From: Mycoplasmatota bacterium
GTDB taxonomy: Bacteria; Bacillota_I; Bacilli_A; RF39; UBA660
Direction of reading: 5' to 3'
Length of the DNA: 64,000 bases
NCBI GenBank assembly: GCA_022771205.1
Contig: JALFCF010000003.1
Coordinates: 200,085-264,084 of the forward strand
Made by a program: the position numbers and the translations under genes. The notes beneath the pieces are model-generated. The model was not told the origin of the DNA, searched no databases, and saw only the letters and a list, made by a program, of their open reading frames with translations. How positions within the stretch are numbered: the first letter of the stretch is position 1; every line of letters starts with the position of its first letter. Below are positions 55,964 through 64,000 of the stretch, piece by piece.

Positions 55964-56452
55964 TTACTTTTTGACATTTCCTAGAAAAGAATGTAACAAT
56001 TCTTTATCTCCTTCCACAAAGCCATCATTAACAAATAATATAGCAACTTTATCCTTTGTATATAAGCAAAAAGCATCTTTAACATATCTAATCTTCTTAA
56101 CACTATCTAAAGAATAAACCTCTCTTTTTTTAATACCTTTATATTCAATAATAATATTTTTAGAATCAACGCTAACTTTTACATGTATATCTTTATCTCC
56201 AACTTGAGCCAAAAATCTTTTATACGCAGTCTTAGCTAAAAGCAAAGGAAGTAAAAAATAATAAAGACAACCTAACACAAAAATAAATAAACTAAAAACA
56301 CCAAAGGAAATATCATTTTCTAAAAAAGAAGAAATGGTAGAAATTAAAACTAATAATAATAAAACTAAATAAGATTTTGTTTGTAAATTTATTCGATAAA
56401 ACTTCTGTAACATTGAATAATCAAAAACATATTCGTTAACAATTTTTTTCAT
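55964..56452 (-). CDS. YcxB-like membrane protein
   Basis: Two TMs, then a PH-like tail ...VKDAFCLY......ILF..DGF.EGD..LL.FL; AGGTGA RBS. Confidence 0.75.
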   Translation of the reverse strand: MKKIVNEYVFDYSMLQKFYRINLQTKSYLVLLLLVLISTISSFLENDISFGVFSLFIFVLGCLYYFLLPLLLAKTAYKRFLAQVGDKDIHVKVSVDSKNIIIEYKGIKKREVYSLDSVKKIRYVKDAFCLYTKDKVAILFVNDGFVEGDKELLHSFLGNVKK

Positions 56453-56498
56453 AAAATCACCTAATATAATTATATCAAAAAAAGAGGTATAATTACCT

Positions 56499-57650
56499 CT
56501 AATCATTATTTTTAACAAATTTATTAAACTCTTTAATTTCAGGAGTATCCATTTCTGTTTTAGCAAGTTTTTCAATTAAGCTTTTTTGTTCACGAGAAAG
56601 TTTCTTTGGAGTATAAACTTTAAAGATAACATACATATCACCTTTAGTCTTATGATACTTATTATCTACTCCTTTACCACGAATACGTTGTTTATCTCCA
56701 CTATTAGTACCAGGAGCAATATTAATCTTAACATTTCCATAAAGTGTTGGAATATCTTTCTTGCAACCAATAATTGCTTCTGTCAACGTAAGTGGTACTT
56801 CAACATAAATATCATCTTCCTGCCTAATAAAAACATCATGTTCTTCTACAACAAACTCCAAATATAAATCTCCATTTTCTCCGCCGTTAGAACCAGGATT
56901 TCCCTTGCCACTAACACGCAAACGATCTCCAGTGTTTATACCAGCAGGAATACTGATTGTAAGATTTTTATTCTTCTTAACTTTTCCTTTTCCTTTACAA
57001 TTAGTACATTTTCTTTTGAATGTATGACCAGTACCACCACAATCAGGACATGTACTCTTAGATAAGAAAGAGCCTAACATAGTATGTTGTTCAGATGTAA
57101 CAGTACCACTTCCATGACATGTAGAACATTGTTCTTCTCCGAAGCCACCTTTACCATCACATTCATCACAATCTTCAACAACGTCTAAATTAAATTTCTT
57201 TTCGCACCCAAGAACAGCCTCACCAAAATCTAAATCCATTCTCATTAATACATCGCTTCCACGACGAGCTCTATTACTTCGACCGGTAGAATTTCCTCCA
57301 CCAAAACCAAAACCAGAAAAACCACTTCCACCACCAAAGATGGAATCAAAGATATCTCCAAAATCAAAATCAGAAGCATCAAAACCTTGATAAGAATATC
57401 CTCCAGCACCTCGAGGACCATTACCTACTCCTGCATGACCATATTGATCATACATTTTTCGTTTAGATTCATCTGATAATACAGAATATGCTTCCTGTGC
57501 TTCCTTAAATTTCTCCGCCGCATCAGGATTATCTTTATTTAAATCTGGATGATATTGCTTTGCTTTTTTACGAAAGGCACTTTTAATTTCATCTTGTGAA
57601 GCATTTTTACTAACACCAAGCACCTCATAATAATCTCGTTTATCCGCCAT
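56499..57650 (-). CDS. dnaJ: chaperone DnaJ
   Basis: J domain with HPD, G/F region, four CxxCxGxG repeats. Confidence 0.98.
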   Translation of the reverse strand: MADKRDYYEVLGVSKNASQDEIKSAFRKKAKQYHPDLNKDNPDAAEKFKEAQEAYSVLSDESKRKMYDQYGHAGVGNGPRGAGGYSYQGFDASDFDFGDIFDSIFGGGSGFSGFGFGGGNSTGRSNRARRGSDVLMRMDLDFGEAVLGCEKKFNLDVVEDCDECDGKGGFGEEQCSTCHGSGTVTSEQHTMLGSFLSKSTCPDCGGTGHTFKRKCTNCKGKGKVKKNKNLTISIPAGINTGDRLRVSGKGNPGSNGGENGDLYLEFVVEEHDVFIRQEDDIYVEVPLTLTEAIIGCKKDIPTLYGNVKINIAPGTNSGDKQRIRGKGVDNKYHKTKGDMYVIFKVYTPKKLSREQKSLIEKLAKTEMDTPEIKEFNKFVKNND

Positions 57651-57706
57651 ATCTACACCTCATCTCATTTTATGATAGACAAGAAAGTAGCATTACGCTA
57701 CTTTTC

Positions 57707-59554
<1,848 letters not shown>

Positions 59555-59573
59555 TCATCTCTCCTTTATTTAA

Positions 59574-60188
59574 CTATTTACTATTAACTTTTACTGAAGC
59601 AGGACGAATCACCCTACCATTTAATTTATAACCTTTTAATAACACTTCAATAACAACATCGTCATCCATCTCGTCAACGCAATCTGTCATTAAAGCTTGT
59701 TCTTGACTTGGATCAAAGACTTCTCCAACACGATTAATTTCTTCAACACCAAATTTTTTCAAAATTTCCATTAAATTCGCATATATCATCTTAAATCCAT
59801 CTAAAAACTTAGATAACTCATCAGTCAAATCATTATCATCAAGTTTAATTGCTCTTTCAAAATTATCAACAACGTTAATTAATTCAGTAAGCAAATCCTG
59901 ATTAGCAAATTTTAGCATATTAGCAGTTTCTTCATCTTTTCTTTTGCGATAATTAACAAGCTCTGCTTGTGTTAATTTTACTTTATCAATCAAACTTTGA
60001 TTATCTACTTGTAATTGTTGTATTTGTTCAAGCAACTTCTCATTTTCCTCTTTTAACTTAGAGTCTTTTTTATTTTTTTTCTCTTTTTTTTGTTTTTTAT
60101 CTTCACTTATTCCTTCAGGAATAGGTGTTTGTTCCTCAAGTACTTCTACTTGTGTATTCTTTTCTTCTAATTTTTCTTCATTATCCAT
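59574..60188 (-). CDS. grpE: nucleotide exchange factor GrpE
   Basis: AELVNYRKR, FDP, KGYKL.GRVIRPASVKV. Confidence 0.96.
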   Translation of the reverse strand: MDNEEKLEEKNTQVEVLEEQTPIPEGISEDKKQKKEKKNKKDSKLKEENEKLLEQIQQLQVDNQSLIDKVKLTQAELVNYRKRKDEETANMLKFANQDLLTELINVVDNFERAIKLDDNDLTDELSKFLDGFKMIYANLMEILKKFGVEEINRVGEVFDPSQEQALMTDCVDEMDDDVVIEVLLKGYKLNGRVIRPASVKVNSK

Positions 60189-60195
60189 AAAAGAC

Positions 60196-61182
60196 CTACC
60201 TTTCTATATTTTCCTTCATGTATTCAAGAAAGGAAACAACACGATCATATTCCATTCTTTTAGGACCAATAATTGCAAGAGTTCCTTCTTGATTACCATT
60301 TTTAAATCTAGTTTTTATAACAGTAACATCATCATCGATTTTACTTTCACTTCCAATATAAACTTTAATATTATTGTCATCATCTTCTTCTATACTATGA
60401 ATAAGTTCTGGACTTTCCAATTTATTAAACACAGTACGTATCTTATCAATATTACTAAATTCTGGTTGACTCAAGAATTTATTTTTTCCTACAATATTTA
60501 CTTCCTGATTAGTAAAATCACTAAATACATGATAGAAGGCATTATATAGTTGTTCATGCTGTTTTACATATTTACCAATAATAGGTTTTACTTCATACTC
60601 TAGCTTTGCACTAACTTCATCAATAGGAGTACCAGCAATTAAATTATTAATTAAATTAACTGTCTTCTTTACTTCTTCCAAAGATACATCCTGTAAACGA
60701 ATATTTTTATGTTCAACATGACCTCTATCAGTAATTACAATTACAATCATACTAACATCATCAATTGGAACTACTTCTATTTGTTTAAGAAGGTTCTCAT
60801 GAGAAGTACTACCAAGTACTACTGTAGTATAATTAGTCATATCAGAAATTACCTGTAAACTCTTTACTATAACATCTGATAAAGCAAGCTGTTGGTTATG
60901 AAATACCGTTTGAAGTTTTAACATATCTTCACCAGTCATTTTTTTAGGTTCCATTAAATGATCAACATAATAGCGATATCCATCTTCACTTGGAACTCTT
61001 CCTGATGAAGTATGCGTTTTCTCCAAAAGTCCTGCTTCTTCTAAAGCAGACATTTCATTACGAACAGTCGCACTAGAACATTTCAATGTTTTAGATATAG
61101 TCTTAGAGCCAACTGGAATTGGATCTTTAATATATTTTTCAACAATCAACTTTAAGACTTTACATTGCCTATCCGTTAACAT
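60196..61182 (-). CDS. hrcA: heat-inducible transcription repressor HrcA
   Basis: LTDRQ..VL..IV..YI, SSATVRNEM..LE..GLL...HTSSGRVPS..GYRYYV, IGPKRM.Y. Confidence 0.97.
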   Translation of the reverse strand: MLTDRQCKVLKLIVEKYIKDPIPVGSKTISKTLKCSSATVRNEMSALEEAGLLEKTHTSSGRVPSEDGYRYYVDHLMEPKKMTGEDMLKLQTVFHNQQLALSDVIVKSLQVISDMTNYTTVVLGSTSHENLLKQIEVVPIDDVSMIVIVITDRGHVEHKNIRLQDVSLEEVKKTVNLINNLIAGTPIDEVSAKLEYEVKPIIGKYVKQHEQLYNAFYHVFSDFTNQEVNIVGKNKFLSQPEFSNIDKIRTVFNKLESPELIHSIEEDDDNNIKVYIGSESKIDDDVTVIKTRFKNGNQEGTLAIIGPKRMEYDRVVSFLEYMKENIER

Positions 61183-61200
61183 GACTTACGCCTCCTACTA

Positions 61201-61227
61201 CTAGCACTATTATTCTACGAGTGCTAA
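61201..61227. promoter_or_regulatory. CIRCE element 1
   Basis: CTAGCACTA-N9-GAGTGCTAA vs consensus TTAGCACTC-N9-GAGTGCTAA. Confidence 0.9.
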
Positions 61228-61231
61228 TTGT

Positions 61232-61273
61232 ATTATATGACAACCTTTAGCACTTGTCAACGATTTGTGCTAA
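61232..61273 (-). promoter_or_regulatory. sigma-A promoter overlapped by CIRCE element 2 (61247-61273)
   Basis: TTGACA(61255-60)-N17-TATAAT(61232-37); TTAGCACTT-N9-TTGTGCTAA spans the -35. Confidence 0.85.
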
Positions 61274-61297
61274 TTTTTTTATAAAAAAAAGCAAGTT

Positions 61298-63043
61298 TTA
61301 ATAACTTGCCACAACAAACTTCCACCTTTGAAAATGATTACTAGAAGAAGTCAAACTATAAAGTGCGGTAGATGTAGCACTTGTATACCCAACCCTAATA
61401 TTACTCGTACCAACTGGAGATATAGTATAATAACCATTTCCTAATGGATTAATTGTAAGATTTTGAATATTTGCTGAGAAATCCGGATCATTTAAATAAA
61501 CCAAAGAGGTATTAGAATCGAATACAATAAAATCTTTCTGAGCTTGTGTATTTTGAATATGGTAATAGCTACCATTCTTATAAACTCTCCACATTTGACT
61601 ATCTTCACCAGTAAACAACTCTAACGTAACAACATAAGTGTCACCTTCCTGTTTCAAAGTTAAAACCTTATTATCACTCGCAGAAGAGAAAATATAATAA
61701 TTCCCCTCTGGTAGAGCTCCTGTAGAATCATACTGAAAAGTATTATACCGTATTCCATCACTCGTTTCATATTCATTCTGCTGACCAGTAGACGAAGTGT
61801 CTGTACTAACTTTACGTAGCGGAACCCAGCTACTATTATTAGAACTTACAGACAGTTCATGTCCTGTAACTCTGGAAGAAGTACTAGTATAAGAATAATT
61901 GTGCCATACAGCAATTTCATCTAAATTCATAGTAGAATCCAATCTATAAGTAACACACTTTTTGCCACTACCATTAATCGTAGCATACGTACCTGGAACA
62001 TCAGCCTTTCCATCATTAATAATAGAACGTTTATCACTAGCAAGAGTACCACCACTTGTACCAACATAAGTAAGTGTCTGTCTTACTCCGTCTTTGATTG
62101 CCTGAATTTCTAACCAATTCGCAACATTAGTTCCACTACTAGAACCTGTAACACAATCACGAATATACCTAACATTATTTAAAGCTGGATTACTTCCTCT
62201 TCTAGGAGGATTACTAATATCGTTATTAGATACCTTTGTAATCTTAAACTTACCAGCACCAGAATTCACTCCAGCAATCATCATACCATTATAGATAACT
62301 GGAGTAAATGTTTCCAATTTCATTGAACCATCAGCATTATATTCACCACGATGAATTGTAAATGATTTTGATGTCTGCCCTGTAGAAGACCGAACACCAG
62401 CATATCCTGCAATGTAAGAAGAACCTCCACCAGTACTAGTAGAGCCATCATATCCTCCTCCACCAGTAGAACTTGCATTACCTACTGTCTGTGTCCCTGG
62501 GCTACTACCTTGACCAGCAATAGCTCCACCATTACCAGCAGAGCCTCCGCCACCGGCCACCATGATGCGAGAATTCTTAGAATCTGTATCATTCCAATCA
62601 CCAGAAATAAGACGTACATCAGTAGCACCACCACCTTTAGTAGTGCCACTATTAAACGCTGTACCAGAAGACTTTCCCTGTTCTCCAACATAGAAATAAA
62701 GATAATCATTATCTTCTAAAAAAATAATTCCTGAAACATAAGCCCCCTTACCGCCACTAGAACCATAACCAGCTGCGCCCCATAATTCTATTTTATACCA
62801 ACCACTTTCCGGAGCAATATATTCTCTACCTTGAGCATCCACTTCACCACCAGTATGACCACCTTCCGTATTAGTAACGCTCAATCGGTTAAGTTCATCT
62901 TCCACTTTATCTACAAAGGTAACAGTATTGTGACGATTAGTACTCAAATTTCCAAATAAAGCCAAAACAACTAATAAAGACATTATCATAAGTCCATACA
63001 ATAATGTCGAAATAGCAAAACCACGATTATTTAACTTTCTCAT
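61298..63043 (-). CDS. prepilin-like N-terminus + Gly-rich domain + discoidin-like + ricin-B-like domains
   Basis: MRKLNNRG|FAISTLL + TM; GWYKIELWGAAG...GGGATDVR...VAGGGG; LDEIAVWH; QMW and QRW lectin motifs. Confidence 0.75.
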   Translation of the reverse strand: MRKLNNRGFAISTLLYGLMIMSLLVVLALFGNLSTNRHNTVTFVDKVEDELNRLSVTNTEGGHTGGEVDAQGREYIAPESGWYKIELWGAAGYGSSGGKGAYVSGIIFLEDNDYLYFYVGEQGKSSGTAFNSGTTKGGGATDVRLISGDWNDTDSKNSRIMVAGGGGSAGNGGAIAGQGSSPGTQTVGNASSTGGGGYDGSTSTGGGSSYIAGYAGVRSSTGQTSKSFTIHRGEYNADGSMKLETFTPVIYNGMMIAGVNSGAGKFKITKVSNNDISNPPRRGSNPALNNVRYIRDCVTGSSSGTNVANWLEIQAIKDGVRQTLTYVGTSGGTLASDKRSIINDGKADVPGTYATINGSGKKCVTYRLDSTMNLDEIAVWHNYSYTSTSSRVTGHELSVSSNNSSWVPLRKVSTDTSSTGQQNEYETSDGIRYNTFQYDSTGALPEGNYYIFSSASDNKVLTLKQEGDTYVVTLELFTGEDSQMWRVYKNGSYYHIQNTQAQKDFIVFDSNTSLVYLNDPDFSANIQNLTINPLGNGYYTISPVGTSNIRVGYTSATSTALYSLTSSSNHFQRWKFVVASY

Positions 63044-63070
63044 ATAATCACCTATCTTACGATTATTTTA

Positions 63071-63616
63071 TCACACTCGTCGCAAGATAGCTACCCATTT
63101 ATCACCATATTTTTTGCTCTTGACAATTTCCAAAGTGGAAGGATAAATAATTTTTTCCAACTTGTCACTTTCAGCAACAATAATTCCACTAGAGCTCAAA
63201 AGATGAAAGTCCATAATATCAATAATGCTTTTTGCTACAAAATCAGTTTGATAAGGAGGATCAAGAAAAATAATATCAAAAGTAAGACCAGCATCAGAAA
63301 ATTCATTTAAAGCCCTTCGATAATCCATACAACAAACAGAAACATCGCAGGCTCCCAAATTACTAATATTATTCTGAATAACACGATAAGCCTTTCGATT
63401 TTTATCAACCAAATAAGCATATTTTGCCCCTTGACTTAAAGCTTCTATTCCCAAATTACCGCTACCAGCAAATAAATCCAAAACAACAGCATCATTAAGC
63501 CAAGTCTGAATCATGGCAAATAAACTTTCTTTCACCCTATCCATAGTCGGTCTAGTACCAATAATGTCAAATCCTTGTAAATTACGTCCCTTATATTTTC
63601 CACTAATAATTTTCAT
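63071..63616 (-). CDS. rsmD: 16S rRNA m2G966 methyltransferase RsmD
   Basis: MKIISGKYKGR, TRPTMDRVKESLF, LDLFAGSG.LGIEALS.GA, FLDPPY. Confidence 0.95.
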   Translation of the reverse strand: MKIISGKYKGRNLQGFDIIGTRPTMDRVKESLFAMIQTWLNDAVVLDLFAGSGNLGIEALSQGAKYAYLVDKNRKAYRVIQNNISNLGACDVSVCCMDYRRALNEFSDAGLTFDIIFLDPPYQTDFVAKSIIDIMDFHLLSSSGIIVAESDKLEKIIYPSTLEIVKSKKYGDKWVAILRRV

Positions 63617-63620
63617 GCTA

Positions 63621-63908
63621 TCACTCTTTCTTACAATCAAACTCACCACGAAGAATTTTAAATTTCTGATTAATACCAAGGATTAACAAATTAACATTAG
63701 TTTCTTGCTCTTTATACGCCAAAAAAGAAGGCGAACTTTCAATCTCCTCTTTTACTTTCTCCGAAGGATATTGTTTATAACTTTCTATTTTAGAAATAAG
63801 ACTTATATCATTAAAAATATTTTCCTTTTCTTTTAAATATTGAACAACAACATCTTCTTTTGATATTTCCCTTTTTAATTGTTCTAATTTTTCAATTAAC
63901 TCTTCCAT
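63621..63908 (-). CDS. YlbF/YmcA family (Com_YlbF) protein
   Basis: Helical protein with L...I......V..Y...KE..., AYKEQE..VN.LI..IN and C-terminal Cys. Confidence 0.7.
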   Translation of the reverse strand: MEELIEKLEQLKREISKEDVVVQYLKEKENIFNDISLISKIESYKQYPSEKVKEEIESSPSFLAYKEQETNVNLLILGINQKFKILRGEFDCKKE

Positions 63909-63929
63909 ACCACTATTTTATCATAAAAT

Positions 63930-64000
63930 CTATTTTAATACATCTATAAAAGAAGAAAGCATTTCAATATTTCCTACAAACCTTTCTAATCGATCTGGAA
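63930..64000 (-). CDS. 3' end of a CDS truncated by the window edge
   Basis: Open frame PDRLERFVGNIEMLSSFIDVLK* ending at TAG 63930-63932. Confidence 0.45.
   Translation of the reverse strand, partial: PDRLERFVGNIEMLSSFIDVLK

Overview
Very AT-rich chromosomal segment of a low-GC Firmicute. It uses genetic code 11 (xerD ends in TGA). The gene content suggests an uncultured gut Bacilli lineage such as RF39, which is an inference. The window appears to span the replication terminus: a near-perfect Firmicute dif site lies at 9132-9159, where gene orientation flips from mostly + to mostly -, about 3 kb from xerD. Housekeeping genes: mutS (partial), nusB, xseAB, mnmA, deoB, rarA, holA, alaS, ppdK, trxA, rnhC, thyA-folA, hrcA-grpE-dnaK-dnaJ with two CIRCE elements, and rsmD. 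Sporulation genes: spoIVB, spoIIM, spoIIGA-sigE, and DUF1540 and YlbF family genes. RNA elements: an Ala-specific T-box and tRNA-Glu(CUC). Accessory content: a secreted-protein plus ABC-transporter cassette behind a direct-repeat promoter, a rubredoxin-[FeFe]-hydrogenase fusion, a thioester-domain sortase-type adhesin, a prepilin-like Gly-rich/lectin protein, a 3-alpha-HSDH-like SDR, a degenerate thymidine kinase, a doubly frameshifted gene flanked by twin hairpins, several orphan membrane proteins, and two small ORFs missed by the ORF track. I found no CRISPR array, transposase, reverse transcriptase or prophage. All protein assignments come from motif recognition, not database searches.
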